In this document: positions 20,259 to 31,659 of the stretch, one piece after another
Numbering within the stretch: position 1 is the first letter of the stretch
Layout of the letters: every line of letters starts with the position of its first letter
Source: a bacterium
GTDB lineage: Bacteria > UBA8248 > JACPRG01 > G963555815
DNA: 64,000 nt
Direction: 5' to 3'
Assembly: GCA_965261595.1 (NCBI GenBank)
Contig: CBDHDG010000006.1
Location: 1,280,001 to 1,344,000, forward strand
Position numbers and translations under genes: made by a program
The notes under the pieces: model-generated
Told to the model about the DNA's origin: nothing
Database searches by the model: none
The model's input: the letters and a program-made list of their open reading frames with translations, nothing else

Positions 20259-21669
20259 TGGAGTTACCCCGTTTCAGTGGACAGTTTAGGGCTGTCGTCC
20301 CCAGCCCTGAGGTGGGCGACAGCCGGTGGACGTAAAGTCTTCTCCCGATCCGATAGATAGGGTGCCCCCGGGGGGTATGTCTTGACCTTTGGCTCGCTGC
20401 TCCGGGAAGCACCGGGGACGGCTCGAGCCGGACGATGAGCGTTGCGCACTGCACGTGGCGTTTCCTTCGCCACGGCGCGTTCGAAGTCGTTGGGGCTGAG
20501 GTAACCCAGGGCCGAATGACGACGGCGTGGGTTGTACCAGCCTTCGATGAATTGGAAGATCGCCATGCGCGCTTCGGCCTGGGTACGGAACGAGCGCCGG
20601 TCGATGAGCTCGCACTCCAGCGTGGCAAAGAAGCTCTCGGCCATGGCGTTGTCGAAGCAATCCCCGGCCGACCCGGTCGAGGGAACCACCCCCATCTCCC
20701 GGCACCGCTTGCCGAAGGCGAGCGAAGTGTACTGTGATCCCCTGTCGGAGTGATGCACGACCCCGTCGGGGCGGCGCTGTCCCAACGCCATGTTCAGCGC
20801 CCCGAGCACCAGTTCGGTGCGAAGATGGTGGGTCATGAACCATCCCACCACCCGGCGGCTGAACACGTCGAGCACGATGGCCAGGTACACGAACCCCGTC
20901 CAGGTCGGCACGTAGGTCACGTCGGCCACCCAAAGCCGATCCGGCGCATCGGCCTGGAACTGGCGTTCGACCCGGTCCGGGACCACACAATGGCTCTGGT
21001 CCACGCGCGTAGTGCGCATGCCTCGGCGTCGGCTCACCCCGGCCAACCCTGCCTCGCGCATCAGACGAGCCGCCCGTTTGCGGCTCACCCGGCAGCCGCC
21101 GGCCATCAGCTCGGCATGGACCCGAGGCGCCCCGTAGGTGCCACCAGATACCTCGTGGATGGCCCGGATCGTGCCACGCAACGCCTCCTCGCGCTTCGCA
21201 CGAAAAGAACGCCCACGGCTTCGCCACGCGTAGTATCCGCTGGGGGAGACACCCAGCCGACGGCACATCGTGGCCACCCGATGGCAGGCCTGATTCGCCT
21301 TCACGAGCTCGAAGACTTCGCCCGGACCGAGCCGGTCTCCCGAGCGAACCAAGCCGTAGCTTTTGCCAGTATCTCGCGTTCTTCGCGAAGCTGACGATTG
21401 TCCCGACGAAGCCGCCGTAGTTCCTCGAGCTCTGAGCTTGTCAGACCGTCCTCACGACGGCCCTCGTCGCGGTCGGCCTGGCGCACCCAGTTGCGAATCG
21501 CCGAAGCGGAACACTCGAACTCCCGGGCCAGCTCCCCGGGCGTACGGCCCGAGCGAACCAGCTCAACCATCTGGCGCCGGTATTCCGGCGCGTAGGGTGA
21601 ATGAGTTTTCGGCATCTGAACGCCTCCTCCGCACAGTCTGAAGGTGTCCACAAAAACGGGTCAACTCCA
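20259..21669 (-). mobile_element. IS3-family element (orfA 21301-21615, orfB 20264-21304)
   Basis: IRs TGGAGTTGACCCGTTT / TGGAGTTACCCCGTTT; WVADVTY, HHSDRGSQY and DNAMAESFF motifs. Confidence 0.92.
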
Positions 21670-24600
21670 ATCTGCACCACACAACATCAGGAGGCGGGCC
21701 GGCGGAAAGACTGCGGGACTGGGCCCTTGCGGTGTCGCCGACAATGCAGCTGGACGACGGTTTGGTGGACCTCTGTGCGATGACCCTGGCGTGGATGCTG
21801 GCAACATCCAATCGAACCGTTCGCAACGGGGCAACGACGGCTCTGGTGAACTTGCTCACGGGTCGGTTCGAGGCCACGGCGCGCCTGGTGGAGGGATTTG
21901 CGGATGTCGACGACCCCTACGTGGTGGAGCGCGTCTACGCAGTCGCATACGGCGTGGCGACGCGAAGCCATGATTCAGCCGAAGTAAAGGTACTGAGCGA
22001 ATGCGTGTACGGCAGGGTCTTTGGACAGAGCACCGCCCGCCAACATCCTGCTGCGGGACTACGCGCGGGGGGTCGTTGAGCGGGCGATCTACCTGGAGTC
22101 GCCAATCGACGTGGATGCAACGCGCATACGGCCGCTGTACGACAGCACGCCACCGGTGTTCCCGAGCGAGGAGGACGTGGCGCCGCTGTTGCCAAGTCCG
22201 GAACACAACCCCCACAGACGCGAAGGCGACGACTGGGCTCGCAGCCAAATCGGCCACTCGGTGCTGGAGGGCCATCTGCATGGAGCCATACGGGAGACTT
22301 GGAGTTGCTCAGGGGAGTGGCTGTCGCTCGGACTGGACCAGCCGGCGTGGCAGGAGCCGGGCGGTCCGGGGGAAGGAACCGAAGATGGCACGCCTGTGCC
22401 GGTGTTGGACCGCAGCCAGATCGAACGGTATCTGCTGCGGCGGGTATTCGAGCTGGGGTGGACGACGGAGCGGTTCGGGAGCTTCGACCGGAGTTGGGAT
22501 GTCGACGGAATCGGACGGCCAAGCAAGGAGAGCATAGGACGCAAGTACCAGTGGATCGCGTGCCGCGAGGTACTTGCACTGATCGCCGATCACTTCCAGT
22601 ACAGAGAGTATCCGGCAGACGTAGAACGCAGTCACCGTTATCTGGGGCCTTGGCAGAACTGGCTGCGCGACATTGATCCGACGTTGACCGGGACACTTCC
22701 GGTCGGGAGGCGATGGAGCTACCGGCAAGGCAACCCAGGGGTCTGGTGGACGGCGGGAGGATACGACGACTGGGAAGATTCGGATCGGCTCGGAGACTGG
22801 GTCCTGGCCAAGATGACCTGCCCAAGATTGAGGATCTCCTGATGGTGCGAAATCCAAGCGAGGGGACGAAGTGGCTAAACGGCAACAGCTACTTTGCATG
22901 GGAGCAGGAGCCGCCTGTCGGCCGAGAATTATTCGAGGTTGAGCGCGGCGAGGTTGCGTGGTGGATCACCGCGTACCTCACGCGTGGGGAAGATGTGCAG
23001 GTCTTTATGGAATGGGCCAGCGCGCGGCCCCTCGTAGACGCCGGGATCGAAGACGTCGCCGAGGTGTACGACGTGTATGTGGGCGAACACGGTTGGGCGC
23101 CGGCGGCGGGATACAGGCAGGTGTCGCGTGGTGGTTTGTTTGAGTACGCGCGGCCCAGCAGGAATGCACCGGTGTGCCTTGAGGCGGTCGCTACGAAATA
23201 CCCGTTTCGCGCGGGCGGCAGGGACGAATCAGTATCGTCGGACGAGTGGCTTCAACTTCCGGTTCAGAAGATCGTGCAGATCGGAGGGCTACGTTGGAGT
23301 GGGCAGGCCGCTGACTTCCTGGATCCCCACGGCAATTTGGCGGCGTTCGATCCAAGCTCTCACGCGGCGGGACCGAGTGCGTTGCTCGTGCGAGAGGAGT
23401 TCTTGAGAGAACTGATTAACCGGCACGGCCTTGGCATGGTGTGGACCGTTGTGTGCCTGTGGACCGCCCCTGGGTTATTGGACACTCGGGTGAGGGTATT
23501 CGACCTCATGCGGCCTCCGCAACTTGAGCGAGTTTTTCCTGCCTTGCCTGGGCCGGCGTTCGGTAGCCGTAGCCCTCGAGAATCCAATGATGGTTGTACA
23601 GGTTCTTGAACTCAAGCAGCGCCCACCGCAGTTCCTCTACGGTGGCGAAAGAGCGCACCCACAGGAGATTCTCCTTCAAGATGCGGATAAACCACTCACA
23701 GTAGCCATTTCCCTCGGGCGCCCGCACGAAGCTGGGCGAACTGGTCATGCCCAGGTAGGCGATCTCCCGCTGAAAGTCATCGGACAGATAGGCGGGGCCG
23801 TGGTCGTGACGAACTTTAAGCCCCTCGGCGACGTCCGCCTCCAAGCCGGCGAAGCGCTCGGCGACCCCCTGCCGGATCGGCTCCAGGGCCTCGAAGCGGT
23901 TGCCGCTCTTGGCCGCATGGATCCCCACGCAGTCCACCGAGCAGTGATCCACCGCCACGACCACCGAGGCCACCCCCTCCTCGGTGGTCACCGTCGTCGT
24001 CATGTCCGTGCCCCACATTCGGTCGGGCCGCTCGGTGCGGATGGTCCCGTTGTGGGCCTTGGGACCTCGGGGTTTGCCCACCCGGTGGGGGGCCTGAAGC
24101 CCCGCCTCCCGCATCAGGCGACGCACCCGCTCCTTGCTGGTGCGGATGCCCGCGAAGCGCAGCCTCGCCCACACCTTGCGGTAGCCCTCGCCATGGAAGG
24201 GAGAGTCCTCCAGGACCTGCCGGATGTGGCCGAGGAGTTCCGCATCGGTGCACGGGCCCACAGGGCCGCGCTTATTGGGCGTGGGGCGTTCATGAACGGG
24301 GACCGCCTCTCGCCGCCGTTCCGCGTAGACCGTGGAGAGCGCCAAGCCCCAAAGGGCGCACACCCGCTTCAGGCCGTAGGCTCTGCCCGTGGAGGTGAAG
24401 CGGGCCTGACTCATCGCCTCCACCTCCTGCCGGCTAAAGGGCGGCCGGCCTCCAGGCGGTCGATCTTCTCCCGCAGGACCTCGCCCTCCATCGTGAGTTC
24501 GCCCACCTTGGCCTTGAGCCGGGCGTTCTCCTCGTCCCGCTCATCCGCCGGGCGGGCTTTGAGCGCCGCCTCGCCCCCGCGAAGGAACGCCTCGCGCCAG

Positions 24601-25008
24601 GCGGAAAGCCGAACCGCTGTCGTGCCCAACTCGCGGCAGAGCGTCTCCAGGCTCTCGCCCCGCAAAAGACGCAGGACCGCCTCCCGCTTGCGCTGGCAGG
24701 AGAACCGACCCCGCTCACTGCGATGCCCTGGGGCCTTGGCTCCGTTCGCCCTGCGGGCGCCCTCCGCCAAAGCCCCCTCTTGCTTTTGTTCGTTCATCGC
24801 GACACCCCTTTCTCCATGAATCATGGATCAATCGAGTGTCCAACAAAACCCTAGAGCGGGGGACCTGAAGTCTGTAAGGTTGCTGGATCCGGCGCCGGGG
24901 TTACCCGCTCCTTCGGATCTCGGGTGCTTATAGGCTGTCGGAGACAGGGCCCGTCGGATTCATGCGGCCGGAGGTGATAAGGCGTGAGAGCCAACCATGG
25001 GATGTTTG
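21670..25008 (+). pseudogene. Avs2-like (AVAST) sensor C-terminal region: 5'-deleted, frameshifted and IS-interrupted
   Basis: DVDDPYVVERVYAVAYG, PPANILLRDYARGVVE, ESIGRKYQWIA, WLRDIDPT; frameshifts near 22020 and 22810; sequence resumes after IS copy 3 (LRISGAYRL..GPVGF). Confidence 0.72.
23460..24863 (-). mobile_element. IS3-family element, copy 3, with 4-bp TSD CCTG
   Basis: Near-identical to copies 1 and 2; CCTG at 23456-23459 and 24864-24867. Confidence 0.93.
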
Positions 25009-25086
25009 ATGCATACCCTACCGTAGCCCTACGTCAAGAGCCTTGGTGGGCCGCTGCCGGCGTCATATAAATCCGGAGACCAATTT

Positions 25087-26385
25087 TTGAAGGTGCGCTT
25101 CCATCCACTCGATAAGGTGCCATACTCAGTGTCCGAAAAACGCAACACGTGCATTGCCATTCTTGAGACCGACACACCCGACGACTTAGACCGGCGGATA
25201 ACGGAGCTGGAGATCGACGTACCTCCTCGCGCGCAAGACCCGACGACCGACGATTGTGAACAATGGCAGATGCAACACCTCCTGCGCGCGCTATGTTGCG
25301 CCAGCCAATTGCCTCTACCTGTGCGACTCTACAAACGCGAGGCGCCAGACTTCGTTCTCGAAACCGGCAATTTGCGGATCGGGGTCGAGACCACAGAAGC
25401 AATCAACTCCGACTACGTTCGGGCGCAAATGCACCCCGCCGCTCAGGAAGACGGTGTGGTCGTCGACCCGTCGCTGTACAAGTGGGGCAACCAGGGCCGC
25501 CCGAACTCGCAGATTCGCGAAGAGGCCGGGCGGAAGCATCTGTCAGGCGATGGCTGGGTCGGAGACAGCGTTGAGTGGGAGTTCGGGCAGTCGATCATTG
25601 ATGTAGTTCGGCGCAAACACCTCAAACTGCGCTCCCACTACGCGAGATACGATAGCGATCGTCTTCTCGTTTACTACAATCAACTATCCCCGGTAATTGA
25701 CATCGACAAAGCACGCGTCTACGCCGCTAAATGCCTTGTGGACTACTGGAACCAATTCGGTTTCGATACAGTTTACGTACACAAATACAACTGGGTGCTG
25801 TACTTTACGAGAGATGCGTCAGGAATTCTGTACGAATTCCCGCGATCGGACGCGCCGCTCGGCATCAATACAGATACGTGGGAACGGCTCGAATCCGTCG
25901 AAAAGCTATACCTGAAGTTACTTGAACACGAGTCCGACTTCATGCAACTCATCTCGATCAGCGACCCTGAACCGGAACCCGACCATCTCCTCGTGTACAA
26001 AAGCGACTTGCAGAACCTTCACCACGAGTGGCATGAAAACAGAGCCCGCGACCTCCTCGAAAGCGGCTACAGCGGTCTACTCCAGCCGCCGGACCAAATT
26101 CGCCTCAGGACTGCATCCGAAGTTGCTGCCTGCCCAGCCGCATTGGATTTGTTCCGGGGTGGCGTCCTTGAGTATGTCTTCCGCGCCGTGGCCGAGGCGG
26201 TTGCCGACGTCGGCGCCACGGAAATCCCTCGGTTGCACGGGACGATGGCTTCCCGTTGCCCTGAATTCGCGACAACCGTGACTGCCGTCCTTCGTTACCT
26301 ATCCACGTTCGAGCACATCACGCACTGGGCTCGCGATTCGCGTAGTTGTTCAACGATCCTTGACGCTCTCCATCACCAAGCTTGA
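25087..26385 (+). CDS. Hypothetical protein: putative PD-(D/E)XK nuclease N-terminus, DUF1156-methylase-like C-terminal tail
   Basis: REAPDFVL..RIGVETTEA; tail WERLESVEKLYLK..RLRTASE..RYLSTFEHITHW. Confidence 0.6.
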   Translation: MKVRFHPLDKVPYSVSEKRNTCIAILETDTPDDLDRRITELEIDVPPRAQDPTTDDCEQWQMQHLLRALCCASQLPLPVRLYKREAPDFVLETGNLRIGVETTEAINSDYVRAQMHPAAQEDGVVVDPSLYKWGNQGRPNSQIREEAGRKHLSGDGWVGDSVEWEFGQSIIDVVRRKHLKLRSHYARYDSDRLLVYYNQLSPVIDIDKARVYAAKCLVDYWNQFGFDTVYVHKYNWVLYFTRDASGILYEFPRSDAPLGINTDTWERLESVEKLYLKLLEHESDFMQLISISDPEPEPDHLLVYKSDLQNLHHEWHENRARDLLESGYSGLLQPPDQIRLRTASEVAACPAALDLFRGGVLEYVFRAVAEAVADVGATEIPRLHGTMASRCPEFATTVTAVLRYLSTFEHITHWARDSRSCSTILDALHHQA

Positions 26386-26664
26386 CACAGGCGCACAACA
26401 GCGCCGGACCGTGAGTTCGGTAACGAGTTGGGTGTAGTGTCACGGGCTCCGCTGCAGCGCAGGCGATACAGACAGAATTTGAAGGCCAGTGGCGCGTGCA
26501 CGATGCCGAGACATTCGCATGAGCCGAGGTCCCGATGGCGGCCACCGGCCGCGACGGTCTCGATTGACCTCCCTCCTCTTGAGACTGGAACGTCGAACTG
26601 TGCTGGTTCCACGTTTGTGGTGAACATGCGTGTGCAACCACGGGGCCAGAGATAGGTGGGTACG

Positions 26665-27951
26665 ATGAGGGGCAGATGTTTCAAGTGCGGTGACGATCAG
26701 GAGCTCGTGAAGGATTCGCCACGGGTGGTGCTGCATGCGTTGACGCAATTGGCGTCGCCTGTTGAGATAGAAGTCCCGATTCGGTGCACGAATTGCGGTC
26801 GCGAGGTTGGCGCCAACGTTCAGTTCGTCGCGACAAACAAGAAAGTCTCCCGGCCCTCCCGAATGGATGACCAGCCTGCGGCGGAGAGGCGACATGGCAG
26901 CGTCTGGGGGCCTCACGGGAAAGTTTCGACATTTCTGAATTACCCGGGTGTCTTGATCCCTGGGCAAAACGTGCTGTACCCCGCACACGAGGGCAGGCTG
27001 AGTGCCGGTCACGCCATTGATCGCTACGGCGATCCCGATCTCATGGCGGAGTTCGCTGCCGAGTACTTGAAGCAGTATTGGGTGATCGTCCCGAAGGGCA
27101 GGCTGCCACAAACGGTGAGCGAGATGATGCCCGCGCTGAATCTGCTGGTGAACGCCGCGGAGCTCGCCATGAAGGCCGACCTAATTCGGTCGGGCAATGA
27201 CAGCGGGGGGCACTCTCTGCCGACGCTCTATGGGCGTGTGGACTGCAAACACCGGGAAGTGATCGAGCGACGTTTCGCCGAAGCGCCGATGAATAGCGAT
27301 CTGATGACCTTGGGATCCGAGCCTCCTACAGTGGAAAGCGTGTTGGGCGCGTACGAGCACGGATTCGGCTGGAGCCCGGTGTATCAGGACACGCGCTATT
27401 ACGCCGAGCCGACGACGAGGGTGAAATCGGAGGACGCGAAGGGGGGAAACTTGGTCAAAGACACCCCGTACCCGATCTTTCTCCCCGTCGTCGTCCAAAC
27501 AATCATTGACATGTACGGGTTCTTCTCCGGTGCCGAGCGACTGAAGCGGCTCGGGGCGGAAGTCGGTTATGGGTCGCGTGATCCGGGGAATGACCAACAC
27601 GGCGATTGGGGACTGGTCCCGTCCTCTGTCGGGCTTGTCGTCCTTCGTGTTGCCCAATTCGTTGCCGGGACTGAACGCGGGGAACTCCGCGAGGAATTTC
27701 GCCAGTTCAAGGAGGCGCGTCCACCTCTCTACTGCACGTCGTGGATGTACGGGGGAAACGTCCTTCTCTTCTATCGGGCCGGCAGGGAGCACCCCGAGGA
27801 TGGTGAGACCGTCATCGATGCCCTGGAGTGCAAGGTCTGGTATGCCGGTAGTCTGGGTATGCATCCGCGCGATCTCTTCCTTCTCGCGGACGCTCTCGAA
27901 GCCCCCGGAAAGGTCGAGGAATTCCAGTGGGGGAGTTCGTCGGCGCGCTGA
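26665..27951 (+). CDS. Hypothetical protein with N-terminal Zn ribbon and HEPN-like core
   Basis: CFKC..CTNC; NAAELAMKA..GHSLPTLY..DTRYYAE. Confidence 0.55.
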   Translation: MRGRCFKCGDDQELVKDSPRVVLHALTQLASPVEIEVPIRCTNCGREVGANVQFVATNKKVSRPSRMDDQPAAERRHGSVWGPHGKVSTFLNYPGVLIPGQNVLYPAHEGRLSAGHAIDRYGDPDLMAEFAAEYLKQYWVIVPKGRLPQTVSEMMPALNLLVNAAELAMKADLIRSGNDSGGHSLPTLYGRVDCKHREVIERRFAEAPMNSDLMTLGSEPPTVESVLGAYEHGFGWSPVYQDTRYYAEPTTRVKSEDAKGGNLVKDTPYPIFLPVVVQTIIDMYGFFSGAERLKRLGAEVGYGSRDPGNDQHGDWGLVPSSVGLVVLRVAQFVAGTERGELREEFRQFKEARPPLYCTSWMYGGNVLLFYRAGREHPEDGETVIDALECKVWYAGSLGMHPRDLFLLADALEAPGKVEEFQWGSSSAR

Positions 27952-28042
27952 CGGTGTTGCTCCGCGCGTATGCTCGACGCTGATCGGCGGAGTAACCCAA
28001 TGGTTTACCTGGATTTATGGGGGTCAAGGCCCGGGTCTGACG

Positions 28043-28325
28043 CACAATCAGCGGGACATCCAGGCCCTGCACCGGGCCCGCCAGCGGATGGTGAACCATC
28101 GAATCGCCATGGTCAGCCAGATCCGCGGCCTCCTATTCGATCGCGGCATCGCCTTCCCAAGAGGATCATCCGGGCGCGCCGGACGATCCAGGAGATCCTC
28201 AGCAAGGAGGAGAACGAACTGACCGGCCTGGCCCGCGACGCGATCGGCTAACTTCATGACCTGTTCAGGGACTTGGTTCTCAGGATCGCCAGCTTCGACA
28301 AGAAGATCGAACGGGTGTCCCGTTC
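28043..28325 (+). pseudogene. IS110-family transposase internal fragment
   Basis: QRDIQALHRARQRMV..SQIRGLLFDRGIAFP with a frameshift and a stop. Confidence 0.7.
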
Positions 28326-28455
28326 ATCCGCGGCCTAACTGCCTCGGTGCTCTCATGGTGCAAAATAGCTTTGACGTATCACGTGTTCCTATAATGTTCG
28401 CGCCATGGTTTACGCAACAGATATTAGGGTCTGATTGTCGAGGTAGATATACAAT

Positions 28456-28712
28456 CGTAGCCTCAATCGGTAAGATCGCTTCTGCTTCCCAGGGCGTCGC
28501 CTGTTTCGAGAGGGACAGCTAGTACGCCAGGGACGACCCCGCGCACAGAGAGGCGAGCGCCTGAGTGGGCAAGGGCGCGGAGACGCTCGGGCTTTCGGGT
28601 TCGGTCGATGCCGATACCTTCACGACGATTCTCGAAGGCAGGGTGCCGGACGAGCCGCAACTCGACATGCGGGACCGGGACGGCAACATACATCACGTCC
28701 GGGCCGCCATGT
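28456..28712 (+). pseudogene. MobF/TrwC-like relaxase N-terminal relic
   Basis: VASIGKIASASQGV..ERDS*YARDDPAHREASA*VGKGAETLGLSG.VD.DTF..ILEGRVPD. Confidence 0.75.
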
Positions 28713-28720
28713 AACATTAA

Positions 28721-30387
28721 CCCGCATTTCCCATATAGATCATAAGTTTTGTCGGACCGAATACCGTTTTCTCGTGTAAGATCAAGGTGTTGGCCTCCCC
28801 CTGCCATCATCTTGCGAGGGGACCCAATGGGTGAAGCGAAGAAGGGGGCTTTGAAGATCCGTTTTGACCGTCGGCTGAGGCTTGAGTTTCACGGAACCAG
28901 AATCACTTCGGATGCGGGATTGCTGGCCTGCCGGGAGCTGGATGATGCGCTGGGTTTGACGGTGAGAGCGCCAGTGCAATTGCAAGAGATCCGTCATGGC
29001 CGGAACATCCAGCATGAGTTGGCGCCGCTATTGCGCCAGTCGGTCTATAGCCGCTTGGCAGGGTATGAAGACACCAACGATGCCGAGCGGTTGGCCCAGG
29101 ACCCCGCGATGCAAGCCGTGGTCGGCCGCCGAGCGCTTGAGAAGCAGGCGGCGGGCGCCAACACCCTGAGCCGGTTCGAGACCGAGGTTCTCACCAGGGA
29201 GGAAAATCTCAAGGGGTTGAGCGAGCTGAACCGGGAGTGGGTGGACCGGGCCATGGCACACTCACCCCATCAGCGAATCATCCTGGACATGGACAGCTCG
29301 GAAAGCCCCGTCCATGGGGAGCAGGAAGGTACGGCCTACAACGGCCACTTTCGTTGCACCTGTTATCACCCTCTTTTTTGCTTTAACCAGTTCGGGGACT
29401 GCGAAGGGGCGATGTTGCGCCCCGGCAACGTGCACAGCGCCGATGGCTGGCGCGAGTTGCTTTCGCCCATCGCGGCCCGGTATGAGCGGGCGGGTGTTCG
29501 CCGTTACTTCCGAGCCGATGCCGCCTTTGCGCGCCCGGAGGTCTATGAGTGCCTGGAAGCGCACAGCTTCCATTACGCCATCCGCCTTCCCGCCAACGAC
29601 GTGGTGCAGCGAGAGATCGACTTCCTCCTCACCCGCCCGGTCGGTCGCCCGCCCAAGAGACCCATCATCTTCTATTACGACTTCCGGTATCAGGCTGGAA
29701 GCTGGGACCGTTCCCGGCGGGTCGTGGCGAAGGTGGAATGGCACTCAGGCGAACTCTTCCCTCGCGTCGGATTCATTGTCACGAACCTGACGGCTCGACC
29801 CGAGGGGGTCGTGCACTTCTACAACCAGCGAGGCACAGCCGAGCAATGGATCAAGGACGGCAAGTACGCCCTGAACTGGACACGCCTTTCCTGTCACCGG
29901 TTCGTGTGCAACCAGGTGCGGCTCCTTCTCTTCGTCCTGGCGTACAACCTGGGCAATTTCCTGCGCAGGCTAGCCTTGCCCAGGGGGCTCAAGCACTGGT
30001 CGCTCCGAAGCCTCCAGGTCAAGCTCATCAAAATGGGCGGGAGGATTGTGCGCCACGCCTGGCAGATCATCTTTCAATTGGCCGAAGTAGCGGTATCCAG
30101 GGAAGAGTTCGCCATCATCCTGGACCGAATCAACCGATTACGGCCGGTGCCGGTCTAACCTTGTGCAGAGGGTTCCCGGCAGCATGAGGTGATTGGTTAA
30201 CGGGTTGAACCGCGAACAAAGGGGACCGAAGGGCGAGGGTCCGCCTTTTGGGGCAGTCGATGGCCGTCAGCACCTTGTTGCGGAGGGTTGGAAGGCTCTT
30301 GACAAACCCATCGGAAGGGGATCAACTGGTTTTCATCGGGAAAGGGGACCGGAAACCACCCAAGCAAGTTGATATGGGAAATTCCGG
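28721..30387 (+). mobile_element. IS1380-family element (transposase 28827-30158)
   Basis: ITSDAGLL, ILDMDSS, FRADAAF, YNQRGTAEQWIK; IRs CCCGCATTTCCCATAT / ATATGGGAAATTCCGG; TSD ATTAA. Confidence 0.95.
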
Positions 30388-30486
30388 ATTAAGCGCATTC
30401 AAATCCGTCTTTCTAGTCGGCATGACCGGCGGCAACGATCGCCTGACCGCCTTGCACCCCATCTGTTCGCAGGTCCGGGCTACTTG

Positions 30487-30590
30487 GCGGCGGAAGCTGC
30501 AAGCTGCGCGGCGGAACATCTGTCCGAGCGTCAGGCGGTGTTCGGCCATACCGATCTGCCGGCCGCGACGCTCGCCTTCGAGTCGGAACC
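30487..30590 (+). pseudogene. Second MobF relaxase relic (central region)
   Basis: AAEAASCAAEHLSERQAVFGHTDL resembles the TrwC AVxHLSERxAVF segment. Confidence 0.5.
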
Positions 30591-30672
30591 TGCCAGGACA
30601 CATTGCGAGGAGCGGAGTTCGTGTCCGTGTCGCAGCTCAGGATATCGACCTAAACTCGGAGGGCCAAAATGT

Positions 30673-31338
30673 ATGATCTATCTCGTCGTAGCCTGCATCG
30701 GACTCCTGGCCGCTGCCTTCTCTCCCGCGACTTACGCCCAGCTCTCGGGCCCGGCCTCGGTGACCGATGGAGACACCCTCAAGGTTTCCGGCCACCGTGT
30801 CCGGCTCCACGGCATCGACGCACCGGAGAGCGCTCAGACCTGCCGGGCTGAGGGCAAGCCTTGGAGTTGCGGTACGGCTGCCGCGACCGCGCTCCGCAAG
30901 CGCCTCGCCCGACGGCCCGTCGCATGCAAGGAGCGTGATCGCGACAGCTACGGGCGCATCGTGGCGGTATGTCGAGTCGCCGGCGAGGACGTCAATGCGT
31001 GGATGGTCTCCCAAGGCTGGGCGCTCGCGTACCGCAAATACTCGCCCGACTACGTTCCACAGGAGAGGGGTGCAAAGGCCGCTCGTCGCGGGCTCTGGCG
31101 AGGGGCGTTCGTGCCCCCGTGGGATTGGCGGCGCGGGGACCGTCTTCAGGGGCCGGTTCTCACCGACACCGGCGAGTGTCGCATCAAGGGGAACATCGGC
31201 CGCACGGGCGCGCGCATCTATCATGTGCCGGGGGGCCGGTCCTATGACCGGACCCGCATCGACACGTCGAAGGGCGAGCGGTGGTTCTGCACCGAGGCGC
31301 AGGCCGAGGCCGCCGGGTGGCGGCGGTCACGAAGATGA
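30673..31338 (+). CDS. Secreted thermonuclease (SNase family) with C-terminal Cys domain
   Basis: Signal peptide; VTDGDTL, VRLHGIDAPE, DSYGRIVA; CRIKGNI..YHVPG..ERWFCTE..AAGWR. Confidence 0.9.
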   Translation: MIYLVVACIGLLAAAFSPATYAQLSGPASVTDGDTLKVSGHRVRLHGIDAPESAQTCRAEGKPWSCGTAAATALRKRLARRPVACKERDRDSYGRIVAVCRVAGEDVNAWMVSQGWALAYRKYSPDYVPQERGAKAARRGLWRGAFVPPWDWRRGDRLQGPVLTDTGECRIKGNIGRTGARIYHVPGGRSYDRTRIDTSKGERWFCTEAQAEAAGWRRSRR

Positions 31339-31659
31339 GCGTGTGCGTCCATGGCTGACCGTCCATACACCCAATGCCTTGTCGCCTTTCCACCTCCTTG
31401 CCGTCCACCTCCTTGCCGTCCGGCAAACCGTCAGGTCGGTCCTTGCACTTCCCTGGCTGGACCCTCCGTCCGCGCATGCTCCTCAACCAGCCCTTGAGGA
31501 CGCGGGTCTGCACCCCCGCGCGTAGTTTTTCGACCCGCTTTCACCACGAGCCTGCGCCTCGGAACCGGCCGGTGTTCCTCCTTCCCTGGCCCCGATATCG
31601 TGTTCGAACCGAATATGGAGCCATCTGGCCGGGCCCGTAAAGACTGGTAGGCTCGCCCC

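Noticed and set aside
31390..31421. CCACCTCCTTGCCGT tandem duplication
   Set aside because: Only two units with no spacers; not CRISPR or iterons
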